Of a stretch of DNA of 64,000 bases, positions 21,549 through 32,806 are shown piece by piece; positions within the stretch are counted from its first letter, which is position 1, and each line of letters opens with the position of its first letter. Source of the DNA: an uncultured Actinomycetes bacterium. GTDB taxonomy: Bacteria; Actinomycetota; Acidimicrobiia; IMCC26256; PALSA-610. The position numbers and the translations under genes are program-made. The stretch covers positions 1,112,375 to 1,176,374 of the forward strand of contig CAVPMX010000004.1 of assembly GCA_963706745.1 (NCBI GenBank), in the 5' to 3' direction. The notes under the pieces are model-generated. The model did no database searches and had not been told where the DNA came from. It saw nothing but the letters and a program-made list of their open reading frames with translations.

Positions 21549-23783
21549 TCACGACTCCCTTCCGAGTGCATCGTCGGTCCACTGGCGGGTCGCACCCGAG
21601 AGAACGCCACGACCGCTCACAGCCTCATCCGTCGCCCGATACACGTTCACGGGGATCGCGCTCTGGAGCGCCAACCCGCTCACGGAGTCGAAGAGCTCGT
21701 CGTCGGGTATCAGGTACTGCACGTTCACCCCTCGGTCGTCTGGGCCGCCCCATCCGAATGCCAACGCCACCACGCCCGGGGGAAGGTCATCCGACGGCTC
21801 CACCTTCGCCACGACGCGCCCGAAACCGCTCTCGACGACGACCGGGTCGCCCGCCCCGACTCCGAGCGACTCCATGGCGGCCGGGTTGATCAGCGCGGGG
21901 TTGAAGGGCCGGCGGGCCGCGAGCGAGGGCAGGTTCTGCCCCTGCGTGCAGTACACCTCCTTGACGCGATACGTGATCAGACGGAAGCCGAACTCAGCCG
22001 TCCCCCCGTAACCGCCGCCGGCGACGACCGGCTCCGCGAGGACCTCGGCCAGCTCCGCGATCACGTCGGGGTGCCCGACCGCCATCGGACGATCGGCGTG
22101 ACCCGCCATCTGTGGGACCACGCCCCCGACCAGGGGGGTCCGGTCGCCCCAGACGTGGCCGTCGGGGTACCGCCGGATCTCGCTCATCGGTATGCGCGAC
22201 GTGGAGTTCAGAGCGTCGATCATCTCGTCGGCGGTGGGCTTCCTCCCCGGTTCGAGGCCGGGGAGGTCGAGGGAGAGACTGAGCCGTTCGGCCAACCCCC
22301 AGAACACCTCCCAGTCCTCGAGGACGCCCTCGGGCGCGTCGACGAGCGGTGGCGTGTACTGGCTGAACGGGAACGGATAGCTCGAGTCCATGAGCTTCGG
22401 CACGTCGGCACGCTCGAACGGGTGCTTCACCGCGAGCACGTAGTCGGCGTGCTGCGCCGTCGCAGTCATGAAGAGATCGTTCACGACCAACAACCGCAGC
22501 TCGCTCAATGCCAGCGCGGTGGACTCGGCGTCGGCGAAGGCGAGCGCCGGGTTCCCGCCGTGGACGATCAGGGCCTTGATCTGGCCGGCCCCTGGCGTGA
22601 GGATCTCGTCGGTGAGCGTGTTCGTCGGCATCTCCTCGAAGAAGCCGAGGTAGTTGAACGAGCCCTCGATCCCCCGGATCCGCGACTTGGGGCCCGTGTA
22701 CTCGGGGATCTTCACCGGACCGTCGAAGTCGGGCAGCTCGAAGTTGACCGCTCCGGCGTGTCGCGTGAGACCTCCGCGCCTGTCGTACCGTCCGCAGAGG
22801 ACGTTCAGCGTCATGACGAGCTGGGTGGCGAGGTTCTGATGGCGGGCCATGTGCAGGCCGGTGCCGCTCTGCGCTCCCCCGCTCGACGCCGTGGCGAACG
22901 CCGTCGCCGCGTCCCGCACCAGATCGGCCGGCACCTGACTGCGCTCGGCGACGTAGTCGAGGTCGAACCCGGAGACCGCCTCGCTCAGGAGACCGAAGCC
23001 GCTCGCGTGGTTCGCGACGTACTCGTGGTCGTAGAGGTCGCCGTCGATCACGACCTTGACCATCCCCGCGAGCAGCGTCGCGTCCTCGCCGGGCTTCACC
23101 TGCAGGTGGAAGTCGGCGAGGCGGGCGATCTCGCTCCGCCGCGGGTCGACGACGATGAGGCGCATCCCGCGCTTGCGGGCCTCCTGCACCCGGCGACGAG
23201 GGTCCGACTGCGGCATGCTCATGAAGTGCGACGTCAGCGGGTTGGTGCCGACGAACATCGCCACATCCGCATGGTCGATGTCGAGGAGCTGCAGTGGCAG
23301 CGGTGACCCGAACATCCGGGAGGCGGCCACGATCATGCTCGGCGAGTCGATGGTGAACGACGTGTACATCCGGCGCGACCCGAGCGCGTCGAGCCACTTG
23401 CTCACGAACGGCGGGCCCCCGGCAGCGGTGCGGTGCCCGCCGTCGCCCACGTACACGGCGACGGCGTCGGGACCGTGCTCGTCGACGATCGCAGCGATCT
23501 CCCGTGCGATCTCGTCGAGTGCCGGCTCCGCCGCGATGTCGACCATGACGCCGCCGACCCGCTTCTTCGACGACACCAGCCTGTCGGGGTGGTAGATGCG
23601 CTCGATCTCGGCGCGGCCCTTCACGCACGTGTAGCCGCGCGAGACGGCGTTGTCGGGGTCGCCTCGCACCGCGACGACCCTGCCGTCGCGCACGTCGACC
23701 TCCACGCCACAGAACGCGTGGCAGAACCGGCAGAACGACTTCTTCGTCTCCACCGGTCCAGATCCGTCGCTGTGCACCAGCAC
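21549..23783 (-). CDS. Molybdopterin (bis-MGD) oxidoreductase, DMSO reductase superfamily
   Basis: CRFCHAFCG...CVKG Fe-S motif, VVDPRRS, KPGED, C-terminal INP...GVGAGDPVVVES. Confidence 0.9.
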   Translation of the reverse strand: MLVHSDGSGPVETKKSFCRFCHAFCGVEVDVRDGRVVAVRGDPDNAVSRGYTCVKGRAEIERIYHPDRLVSSKKRVGGVMVDIAAEPALDEIAREIAAIVDEHGPDAVAVYVGDGGHRTAAGGPPFVSKWLDALGSRRMYTSFTIDSPSMIVAASRMFGSPLPLQLLDIDHADVAMFVGTNPLTSHFMSMPQSDPRRRVQEARKRGMRLIVVDPRRSEIARLADFHLQVKPGEDATLLAGMVKVVIDGDLYDHEYVANHASGFGLLSEAVSGFDLDYVAERSQVPADLVRDAATAFATASSGGAQSGTGLHMARHQNLATQLVMTLNVLCGRYDRRGGLTRHAGAVNFELPDFDGPVKIPEYTGPKSRIRGIEGSFNYLGFFEEMPTNTLTDEILTPGAGQIKALIVHGGNPALAFADAESTALALSELRLLVVNDLFMTATAQHADYVLAVKHPFERADVPKLMDSSYPFPFSQYTPPLVDAPEGVLEDWEVFWGLAERLSLSLDLPGLEPGRKPTADEMIDALNSTSRIPMSEIRRYPDGHVWGDRTPLVGGVVPQMAGHADRPMAVGHPDVIAELAEVLAEPVVAGGGYGGTAEFGFRLITYRVKEVYCTQGQNLPSLAARRPFNPALINPAAMESLGVGAGDPVVVESGFGRVVAKVEPSDDLPPGVVALAFGWGGPDDRGVNVQYLIPDDELFDSVSGLALQSAIPVNVYRATDEAVSGRGVLSGATRQWTDDALGRES

Positions 23784-23939
23784 CCCCGACTGCCACCTCG
23801 GTCCTGCTCAGCGCCGCCTGCTCGGCGCTTCCTGATACGTGCTTGCTACTACGCGCTTCCAGACCAACGGCCTCTTGGTTAATGCTCCTAACCTAGGCTA
23901 CTACGCGCCGAGGGTCGTCGCTCCTTAGACTCCCCGGCC

Positions 23940-25584
23940 GTGACCGACCCGGGCCGACTCGCCGCCGATGCAGCCGCCGGGCTCCAGCCGTTGGAGACCG
24001 CTCTCAACGAGTCGTGGTGGGCGTTCAGCACCTCCGCGAACCCGGAGAACGAGCGTCGCAGGACAGAGGCCGAGGTGGCGGTCTCCGACTTCCTAGCCGA
24101 CCGCGACCGCTTCGCGGCGATCCGCTCCGCGCGCGAGATCTCCGACGTCGACGGGCTCGCCGCTCGCCAGATCGCGATCCTCCACGACATCCACGTGCCG
24201 CATCAGGCTCCGGATGATCTCCGCCGCGCGCTCGTCGAGGCCCAGGTCTCGATCGAGTCGACGTTCGCGACGCACCGGGGCGTCGTCGCCGGCCAGACCG
24301 TCGACGACAACGCGGTGCGCGGCATCCTCCGCTCCAGCGACGACCCGGGCGAGCGACTCGAGGCGTGGGAAGCGTCGAAGACCGTCGGTGCCGCTACGGC
24401 CGAGCGCGTCCGAGATCTCGCGCGGCTTCGCAATCGTCTGGCGCGCTCGCTCGGATACCGGGACCACTTCGCGATGTCCCTCGCGACAGACGACCTCGAC
24501 GAAGCTCGCCTGTTCGAGACGCTCCAGGAAGTCGACGAGTCCACGCGGCGGCCGTTCGCCGATTGGAAGGCCTCCCTCGACGGGCTGCTCGCCGAACGGT
24601 TCCACTGCTCGGCCGGCGACCTGCGACCGCACCACTACGACGACCCTTTCTTCCAGGAGCCCCCGAGTGCCGCCGGGGTGGACCTCGACGAGTGGTTCGC
24701 CGGACGCGACCTCGCAGAGCTGACCCTCGAAACCTTCGCCGGGAACGGCCTCGACGTGGCCGAGATACTCGGGCGCTCCGATCTCTACGCCCGCCCGGCC
24801 AAGAACCAGCACGCCTTCTGCCTCGACGTCGACCGATCCGGCGACGTGCGGGTCCTCTGCAACGTCGAGGCGAACACCCAATGGACCGAGACGATGCTGC
24901 ACGAGATCGGCCACGCCGTGTACTTCGACGGGGTCGATCGCTCTCTTCCCTGGCTGCTGCGCACCATGCACTCGCTCGCCACCGAGGGCATCGCCATGAT
25001 GTTCGGCGCTCTGGTGCACGATCCGCAGTGGCTGGTGGAGGTCGCGGGAGTGCCCGCCGCCGAGGTCGACCGACTGCGCGAACGCCTCGCCGCCGCCGCG
25101 GCGCTCCTCGCTCCTCGTCTTCACCCGCTGGGCACTGGTCATGACCCACTTCGAGCGGGACCTGTACGCCGACCCGGACGCAGACCACGACACCCGGTGG
25201 TGGGACCTCGTGGAGCGGTTCCAGCTGCTGCACCGTCCCGACCGCAGCGCACCCGATTGGGCGGCGAAGATCCACATCGCGGTCGCACCCGTCTACTACC
25301 AGAGCTACATGTACGGCCAGATGGTCGCTTCGCAGTGGAGCGCGGCCCTGCGCAGGGAGTGCGGCGGCATCGTCGACAGGCCGGAGGCCGGCAGCCTGCT
25401 GAAGCGAGCGGTTCTTCGCCCCGGAGCATCACTGCGATGGGACCACCTGATCGAGACCGCCACCGGTTCGCTGCTCTCGCCGCTCGCGATGGCGGCCGAG
25501 ATCGGCGGCCTGAACGCGGCCGGACCACCCGCCGGTCGAGCGGGAGGGATAGCGTCGCGCCCATGTGCGACACACTCTGCGTGA
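23940..25584 (+). CDS. M2/M3-type zinc metallopeptidase (frameshift near 25100)
   Basis: HEIGH zinc motif, TEGIAMMF, DWAAKIHI...PVYYQSY. Confidence 0.85.
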
Positions 25585-26755
25585 ACGGAACGGGCGGCAC
25601 CGTCTTCGCCAAGAACTCCGACCGCCCCTTCGACGAGCGCCAGGTGCTCGCCGTAGCTCAGCCTCGGCGGCCGGCCGGAGAGCTGCTCCGGACCCAGTAC
25701 ATCGAGATCGCCGACGCCCCGCCGCACGCGCTGATCGGGTCCCAGCCCACGTGGCTGTGGGGGTTCGAGCACGGCGTGAACGAGCACCGTCTGGCCATCG
25801 GCAACGAGACCGTGTGGACCACGCGAGGACCCGAACGGCCTGCCGCCCGCCCTGATCGGCATGGACCTGGTGCGACTCGGTCTCGAGAGGTCCCGCTCGG
25901 CCGACGACGCCCTCGAGGTGATCACCTCGCTGATCGAGGCGCACGGGCAAGGTGGATCGGCGTGGGAGAGCGCCGACATGCCGTACTTCTCCTCCTTCCT
26001 GCTGGCCGACCCTCGCGGCGGATGGGTGATCGAGACGAGCAACCGCACGTGGGTCGCCCGCCCCGTGGAGGGTGGAGCAGCGATCTCGAACCGGGTCTCG
26101 ATGAGCACCGACTGGACACGTTCCTCGGCCGACGTACCCGACGGCACCGACTTCGACGATCTGCGCGACCCCAGCGCTCCGACCGCCTTCGCCGACCTGC
26201 GCCTCGACGCCACACGCGCGGCCGTCGAACAGGGTGCTGCAGCCTTGGGCCCGCGTGAGGTCGCGGCGACGCTGCGCCACCATGGCTCCCGCGCATGGGG
26301 CGCGCCCGGTGCCGACGCGTCCGACTGCAGCCCACCACCCGAGTCCGTCGCAGAGGACTGGACGGGCGTCACCGTCTGCATGCACGTCCGCGACTACATC
26401 GCCACGACGTCGTCGATGATCTGCGACCTCCGTGCGGATCCGGAAGCTCCGCTGCGGCATCTGGGTCGCCCTCGGCAGCCCGTGCGTCAGCGTCTACGTC
26501 CCGGTCTTCTTCGACGCCGTACCCGGTGAGCTCTCCGACCCTGCACAGTGGGAGCGCATCCGCCGACTGCGCGACCGCGTCGAGGCCGACGGCTCCGCGC
26601 TCGCCGAGGTGAGGAGCGTCCTGGCTCCGGTGGAGGCCGATCTGTGGGAGGAGGCCGACGCGCTGGCCGACTCGGGCGACCCGGCAGCCCTGAAGGAGTA
26701 CGCCGAGCGCGCGTGGGCCCCCGTCGACTCCGCGTTGACCGCCCTCGCCACCTGA
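25563..26755 (+). CDS. Secernin/peptidase C69-like Ntn hydrolase (frameshifted)
   Basis: MCDT N-terminal Cys, FAKNSDRP, WLWGFEHGVNEH, MDLVRLGLER, VCMH. Confidence 0.85.
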
Positions 26756-26816
26756 CCCCTCGTTCTTGCGTCACTTTCTCGCGTCTGTCGCGAGAAAGTG
26801 ACGCAAGAACGAGGGG
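26756..26816. repeat. REP-like palindrome copy 1 (perfect 28-bp stem, 5-nt loop) between convergent genes
   Basis: CCCCTCGTTCTTGCGTCACTTTCTCGCG-TCTGT-CGCGAGAAAGTGACGCAAGAACGAGGGG. Confidence 0.92.
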
Positions 26817-26829
26817 TGGGGGCCCGGGA

Positions 26830-27889
26830 TCAGGTCGAGAGCAGCTGGGCGAGGGCGGCGACGACGGCGACGCCGAGCAGACCGACGAGGAGGGCCACCT
26901 TCAGACCTCGGCCGTCGACTGCCGCGGTGCCCACCGTTGCGACCAACGCACCGCCGTGCCCGGCCGCGGCCCTCGGAGCTTGCGCCGACGACCGCAGCCG
27001 ACGGAGCCGACGACCCCACCGCCACCGATGATGCGCCCGGCGTCGGCCGGGGCGACGCCGGCCCCGCGTCGGCGGGGGAACCGCCGCCACCGATCGAAGC
27101 AGTGAGGGCCGACAGGAACGACTCCCGGAGCAGCATGGGTGCGGGCTGCAGCCGAACGGCCGCCAGGAGCGCGGCAGGGTTGACGAGCCGCGTGCGCTGC
27201 TCGGCGCACCGGGCGCACTCGTCGATGTGGCGCGCGACGCGCTTGCGCATCCGCGGCTCCAGCCGGCCTCCCCAGTCGGCGAGCATCGCGTTCATCTCCG
27301 GACAGCCGTGCCGGCCCCCGCGGCCCACGAGAAGCACTTCCAACGATCGCTCCACCCGACGTCGCGCGCTCGACAGCAGGGCGTGCATGTGGTCGAGCCG
27401 CACTCCGAGCGCGTCGGCGAGCTCCTGGCCCTCGAGGCCGTGACGCGCGCTGAGGTCCATGATCGCCCGGTCGCGCGCATCGAGCCCGCCGACGACCTCC
27501 CAGACCAACGCAGCGAGCTCGTTCCGCTCCGCTTCGAAGCCCGGTCCGCGATCGGAATCGACGATCTCCGAACGCGCCTCGGTCGCGACGCCTCGCGCAC
27601 GACCTCGACCCCGTCGCAGCACCTCGTTGCGCGCTATGGCGTAGAGCCACGGCCTGAGCCGGCTCGGCTCATGGAGCTGGTGCAGGCCGCGCGCCGCCGA
27701 TAGCAGGGCGTCGCGAACGGCGTCGGCGGCCACGTCCCGGTCGCGTAGGACCGCGAGGCAGAAGTCGTGCAGATGATCTGCGTACCTGTCGTAGACGGCC
27801 GCGAACGCGCCCGGGTCGGCGCGCGCCGCCTCGACCAGGTCGGCATCGAGTGGCGCTGGGCTTCTCGTGGGCGCGTCCGTGGAGATCAA
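26830..27889 (-). CDS. ECF sigma factor fused to a zinc finger and probable C-terminal TM helix (frameshift near 27080)
   Basis: Region 2 (LRPWLYAIARNE), region 4, C...RHIDECARC; hydrophobic VALLVGLLGVAVVAALAQLL in ORF 26830..27090. Confidence 0.78.
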
Positions 27890-28082
27890 CTCATCCCTCC
27901 AGAGGCTTCATCGACCGGCGGAGCGCCACTCTGGAGGGATCGCCAGCATGTCGGAGCGGAGACCCCCGGGACTCGTCATCCATCTCGCCCTCATCGCCGC
28001 GAAACGTGCCTACGGCGCCGGTTTCGTGCACCGCAGCCACCCTTCGCTACGGTCCCCGGACGCCGCGCCACCTGGGAGCAGG

Positions 28083-29693
28083 ATGGAGTTCAACCTCGCC
28101 GACCTGTGGGAGATGGTCGTCGATACGGTTCCGGATCACGAGGCCGTCGTCTGCGACGGCCGTCGGTTCACGTATCGCGAGGCCGACGAGCGAGCGAACC
28201 GCCTCGCCCACGCCCTCGCGGATCGCGGAGTCGGGCCCGGCGACCACGTCGCCCTCTACCTGTTCAACTCCTCCGAGTACCTCGAAGGGATGCTCGCCGC
28301 ATTCAAGCTGCCGCGCCGTCCCCATCAACGTCAACTACCGATACGTCGAGGAGGAGTTGCGATATCTCCTCGCCGACGCCGACGCGAAGGCGATCGTCTT
28401 CCACCGCGGGTTCGCTCCCAAGATCGACGCCATCCGAGCCGACCTCCCCCTGATGCGCACCTACATCGCCGTCGACGACGGAACCGACGCCGATCTCGCC
28501 GGGTTCGGCGCAGTCGAGTACGACGCCGCTCTGCGGGAGGCGTCGCCGTCACGCGACTTCGCCCGCGCTCGGCCGACGACCTCTACATCCTCTATACGGG
28601 GGGCACCACCGGCATGCCCAAGGGCGTCATGTGGCGCCACGAGGACATCTTCTTCGGCGCGCTCGGGGGCGCGGCCTCCGGCGGCGCGATGATCACCGCG
28701 CCCGAGCAGATCGCGGAACGCTGTCTTGCGGGCCGGCAGCGCTGCGTCCCGGCGTGCCCGTTCATGCACGGCACAGCCCACTGGATGGCCTTCTCGGCGC
28801 TCTTCGCCGGTGGAACCGTCATCGTCTACACCGACAGGCATCTCGACGCTGTGAGCATGTGGGAGCTGGTGGCCCGCGAGCGCGCCAACTTCCTCGTCAT
28901 CGTCGGCGACGCCTTCGCCCGCCCGCTCGACGACGCGCTCGACAGCGTGGCGCACCTCGACCTCTCCGGATGTCACGTCATCCTGTCGGGAGGAGCAGTG
29001 CTCTCACCGACGGTGAAGCACTCTCTCGCCGAGAGGCTTCCGGCCTCTCTCATCGTCGACGGCTATGGAGCCTCCGAGACCGGCGGCCAGGGGCAGTCGG
29101 TTACCGTCGCTGGCGGTGACACACCGGCGACGCCGCGCTTCAGTGTGAACGACGAGACCACGGTGCTGGACGACGACCTGGTCCCGGCCGATCCCGGCGT
29201 GGTCGGCCTCCTCGCACGCCGAGGGCACATACCGGTCGGGTACTACAAGGACCCGGCCAAGACGGCGGCGACCTTCCCCGAGGTAGACGGGGTCCGATGG
29301 TCGGTACCGGGAGACCACGCCGTGATCGAGGACGACGGCACGATCACTCTCCTCGGACGCGGATCCGTCTCGATCAACACCGGCGGTGAGAAGGTCTACC
29401 CGGAGGAGGTCGAGGCGGCACTGAAATCGCACCCCGAAGTATTCGACGCGATCGTCGTTGGCATCCCCGACGACAGGTGGGGAGAGCGCGTCGTTGCGGT
29501 GATCCAGCCACGTGCAGGCGCGTCACCCGCAATGGAGTCGCTGCGCGATCACACCCGAGGGCACCTCGCGCCGTACAAGATCCCTCGCGAGGCGATCCTC
29601 GTCGACAGCGTCGTGCGCTCACCGTCGGGCAAGCCCGACTACCGATGGGCGCGTTCCACCGCCGTCGAGCGGCTCGCCTCACAAGAGGACTGA
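28083..29693 (+). CDS. Acyl-CoA synthetase, FadD19-like (frameshifted between ~28310 and ~28560)
   Basis: MEFNLADLWE start, YTGGTTGMPKGVMWRHED, GYGASETG, GRGSVSINTGGEKV, SPSGKPDY. Confidence 0.88.
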   Translation: MEFNLADLWEMVVDTVPDHEAVVCDGRRFTYREADERANRLAHALADRGVGPGDHVALYLFNSSEYLEGMLAAFKLPRRPHQRQLPIRRGGVAISPRRRRREGDRLPPRVRSQDRRHPSRPPPDAHLHRRRRRNRRRSRRVRRSRVRRRSAGGVAVTRLRPRSADDLYILYTGGTTGMPKGVMWRHEDIFFGALGGAASGGAMITAPEQIAERCLAGRQRCVPACPFMHGTAHWMAFSALFAGGTVIVYTDRHLDAVSMWELVARERANFLVIVGDAFARPLDDALDSVAHLDLSGCHVILSGGAVLSPTVKHSLAERLPASLIVDGYGASETGGQGQSVTVAGGDTPATPRFSVNDETTVLDDDLVPADPGVVGLLARRGHIPVGYYKDPAKTAATFPEVDGVRWSVPGDHAVIEDDGTITLLGRGSVSINTGGEKVYPEEVEAALKSHPEVFDAIVVGIPDDRWGERVVAVIQPRAGASPAMESLRDHTRGHLAPYKIPREAILVDSVVRSPSGKPDYRWARSTAVERLASQED

Positions 29694-29843
29694 CCCGCCG
29701 AGCACTCCGTTCATCCGCGCCATACCTGCGGGCAATCGGCTGCGCTTCGGCGGCACCCGAGCGTGCGAGTGCGCTCCTCGCGCAGCACCGGAACAGGACC
29801 GGCCCGCGCTGTCTCGACGGCACGATCGCGCGAGGGTGCACTC

Positions 29844-31892
29844 GTGAACCGTCTCTCTCGCGAGTCGAGCCCCTATCTGCGGCAGCACGCCTCCAACCCG
29901 GTCGACTGGTACCCCTGGTGTGACGCTGCGTTCGAACGGGCGCTCGCTGACGAGAAGCCGGTCTTTCTCTCCATCGGCTACTCCTCGTGTCACTGGTGCC
30001 ACGTCATGGCGCACGAGTCGTTCGAGGACGCCGACACCGCCGCCTTGCTCAATCGCCTCTTCGTGTGCGTGAAGGTCGACCGCGAGGAGCGGCCCGACGT
30101 CGACGCCTTGTACATGCAGGCGGTCCAGGCGACGACCGGGCGCGGCGGATGGCCGATGAGCGTGTGGCTCACCCCGGACCGCAAGCCCATCTACGCCGGG
30201 ACCTACTTCCCCGACACAGATCGCTCCGGGATGCCGGCCTTCTCTCGCGTCTGCTCCGAGGTCGGGCGTGCGTGGACGGAGCAGCGCGACCGAGTCGTCG
30301 AGGGCGCAGAGGCCCTGACCTCGTCACTTGCGGCGCCGTTGCCTCTCGCCGACGACGGTCCGCTCTCGGCTGAGATCGTTGCAGCCGCCCCGGAGTCGTA
30401 CCGCTCCCAGTTCGATGCCGAGTGGGGCGGCTTCGGAAGCCCACCCAAGTTCCCTCCGTCGTCGGCGATCTCGTTCCTGTGCAGGGCGTACGTGAGGAAT
30501 CAGTCCGCCGATGACCTCGCCATCGTCACCACGACCCTCGACGCGATGGCGGCCGGCGGCATCCGCGATCACCTCGGCGGGGGGTTCTCGCGTTACTCGA
30601 CAGACCGCTTCTGGCTCGTACCCCACTTCGAGAAGATGCTCTACGACAACGCGTTGCTGGCACGCGCGTACCTGCACGGATGGATGGTCACGGGCGAGAC
30701 CCGGTACCGGCAGGTCGTCGAGGAGACGATCGCCTACGTCGTGCGCGAGCTCTCTCTGGCCGACGACTCGGGCACCCCGACGGGGGCGTTCCACTCCGCA
30801 GAGGACGCCGACTCCGAGGGAGAGGAGGGGACCTACTACCTATGGGACCTGGCCGAGATCGCCGAGGTCTGCGGCGACGACACCGATGCGGTGATCGCCC
30901 ACTTCGGGGTGACCGACGGCGGGAACTTCGAGGGTCGCAACATACTCCGCACAGCAGCCCACTCGGACAGGGTCCCAGAAGCGGTCCGACGCTCGATCCC
31001 CCTCCTGCGGGCCCGCCGCAACCGGCGGACTCGACCGGAGCTCGACGACAAGGTCCTTCTCGCGTGGAACGCCCTCTTCCTGCGCACCCTTGCCGAGGCC
31101 GGCGTCGCCTTCGATCGCGACGACTGGCGCGCACTCGCGCGAACCGGCACGCGCTTCCTCCTCGGCGAGCTGCGGCGCGACGACGGCCGACTCCTGAGGA
31201 CCTGGCACTCGCTCAACTCCGACGAGCCCGGAACGGGTCGCGCACGCCATCTCGCCGTAGCCGAGGACTACTCCGCGTTGCTGGAGACCCTGCTGACCCT
31301 GGCCGAGCTCGACAACGCGCTCTGGCTCGACGACGCGCGCCGGATCGCCGACGACCTGCTTCGGCTCTTCCACGACCCGACCCACGGCGGCTTCTTCGCC
31401 ACCGGCACCGACGCCGAGACGCTCCCTGCCCGCCCGAAGGACCTGCAGGATGGAGCGACGCCGTCGGCTTCGTCGATGGCGGCAAACGGGCTCCTGCGTC
31501 TCGCTGCCCTGACGGGCGAGCGGGCGTACGCGACTCCCGCCGTCGACCTGCTGCGCAGACTCGCTCGTCACGCCGCGGCTCACCCCGGAGCATTCGCCTA
31601 CCTGCTCGAGGCGTACGAGCGCGACGCCGGCCCCACGCTCGAGGTCGTGGTCGTCGGCGAACCGGACGACCCGGGATTCGAGGCCCTCCGCCGCGTGGTC
31701 GGACGTCGCCTCGTTCCGGGGTCGGTGACGATCTCGGGACGCCCGGGGGCCGAGTCGTCGCCGCTGCTCGCCGACCGCGGGCTCGTCGAGGGCGGACCTG
31801 CTGCCTACGTCTGCGAGCAGGGGACCTGCCTCAGGCCCGTCGCCGAGCCCGGCCCCCTAGGTGCCGCCATCGACGAGGCGGTCCGAAGATGA
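29844..31892 (+). CDS. Thioredoxin-domain YyaL/SPATA20 family protein
   Basis: [47 protein letters not shown]. Confidence 0.92.
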   Translation: MNRLSRESSPYLRQHASNPVDWYPWCDAAFERALADEKPVFLSIGYSSCHWCHVMAHESFEDADTAALLNRLFVCVKVDREERPDVDALYMQAVQATTGRGGWPMSVWLTPDRKPIYAGTYFPDTDRSGMPAFSRVCSEVGRAWTEQRDRVVEGAEALTSSLAAPLPLADDGPLSAEIVAAAPESYRSQFDAEWGGFGSPPKFPPSSAISFLCRAYVRNQSADDLAIVTTTLDAMAAGGIRDHLGGGFSRYSTDRFWLVPHFEKMLYDNALLARAYLHGWMVTGETRYRQVVEETIAYVVRELSLADDSGTPTGAFHSAEDADSEGEEGTYYLWDLAEIAEVCGDDTDAVIAHFGVTDGGNFEGRNILRTAAHSDRVPEAVRRSIPLLRARRNRRTRPELDDKVLLAWNALFLRTLAEAGVAFDRDDWRALARTGTRFLLGELRRDDGRLLRTWHSLNSDEPGTGRARHLAVAEDYSALLETLLTLAELDNALWLDDARRIADDLLRLFHDPTHGGFFATGTDAETLPARPKDLQDGATPSASSMAANGLLRLAALTGERAYATPAVDLLRRLARHAAAHPGAFAYLLEAYERDAGPTLEVVVVGEPDDPGFEALRRVVGRRLVPGSVTISGRPGAESSPLLADRGLVEGGPAAYVCEQGTCLRPVAEPGPLGAAIDEAVRR

Positions 31893-31983
31893 CAGGCGGA
31901 CGGACGCGGGTTTCACGCCTCTCGATACGGGACCGGTTCGGGACGGTGCGGAGTCGGGAGCGATGCCCGAAGCGGGCCCCGGG

Positions 31984-32664
31984 TCAGCAGGCGGCGGTGT
32001 ACACGCCGGACGCGAGCTGCTCGGCGATGGCCCAGCCGAACGCGATCATCGCCTCACCGCGGCAGGGATCGGGGTTGCCCACCAATCCGACCACCTTCGC
32101 CCCGCCCGTCGCCTTGATCGCACCGGCTTCGAATACCGGCAGCGTCTTCGCCTTGCGTCGCGACCTCTGAACCTGGAACACCCGGTCGTCGAAGGCGCCG
32201 TCGCAGCCGAACCGCTTCGCGAGACGCCGACCCCAGGCACGGTCCTCCCCCGTGGGTACGTACCCGGGCCGCGGGCAGACGTTCGAGTAGGTGCCGAGCA
32301 GCGTGTACGCAGCCGGCTGTGCAATCCGTCCGGCGACGAGGACGTCTTCGTCGGGGAACGATATGCCGGCGCGGCGCGCGAACTCGCCCGTGAGGGCCTT
32401 GAGTGCAGCGGCGCCGTTGCGCCCTCGCCTCGCCGTGCCGAGGCCCCAGAGGATCGAGGGGGTACCGCCGATCCTCTCCAGCGACCCGAGCAGGAAAGCG
32501 TGCAGCTGCCCCTCGACAGTCGCGACCGTCGCCAGCGGGAACTGCTCGATCTCATTGTCGAGCTCGTCGTCGGAGATCGGGAGCCCCGCGGCGTGCAGCA
32601 TCTGGCCGAGCTCGTCGAGCTCCGCCGGCTTGAAGGAAACGGAATCACGGGATTCGACCATCAT
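31984..32664 (-). CDS. Hypothetical protein (possible GNAT-like fold)
   Basis: ~226-aa ORF with normal codon bias; no diagnostic motif. Confidence 0.6.
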   Translation of the reverse strand: MMVESRDSVSFKPAELDELGQMLHAAGLPISDDELDNEIEQFPLATVATVEGQLHAFLLGSLERIGGTPSILWGLGTARRGRNGAAALKALTGEFARRAGISFPDEDVLVAGRIAQPAAYTLLGTYSNVCPRPGYVPTGEDRAWGRRLAKRFGCDGAFDDRVFQVQRSRRKAKTLPVFEAGAIKATGGAKVVGLVGNPDPCRGEAMIAFGWAIAEQLASGVYTAAC

Positions 32665-32806
32665 CGTCCGTGAATTCTGGCCCAAGCGACCCCCTCGAGG
32701 AAAGTCGAGATTCGTGGTCACTCGCGCGCCGCGCGTGGCGACTACCGCCGGATGAGCGCTGCTTCGGTCCGCACCCCGCCCGAACCGGGGCGTTCCGACG
32801 CTCCGC

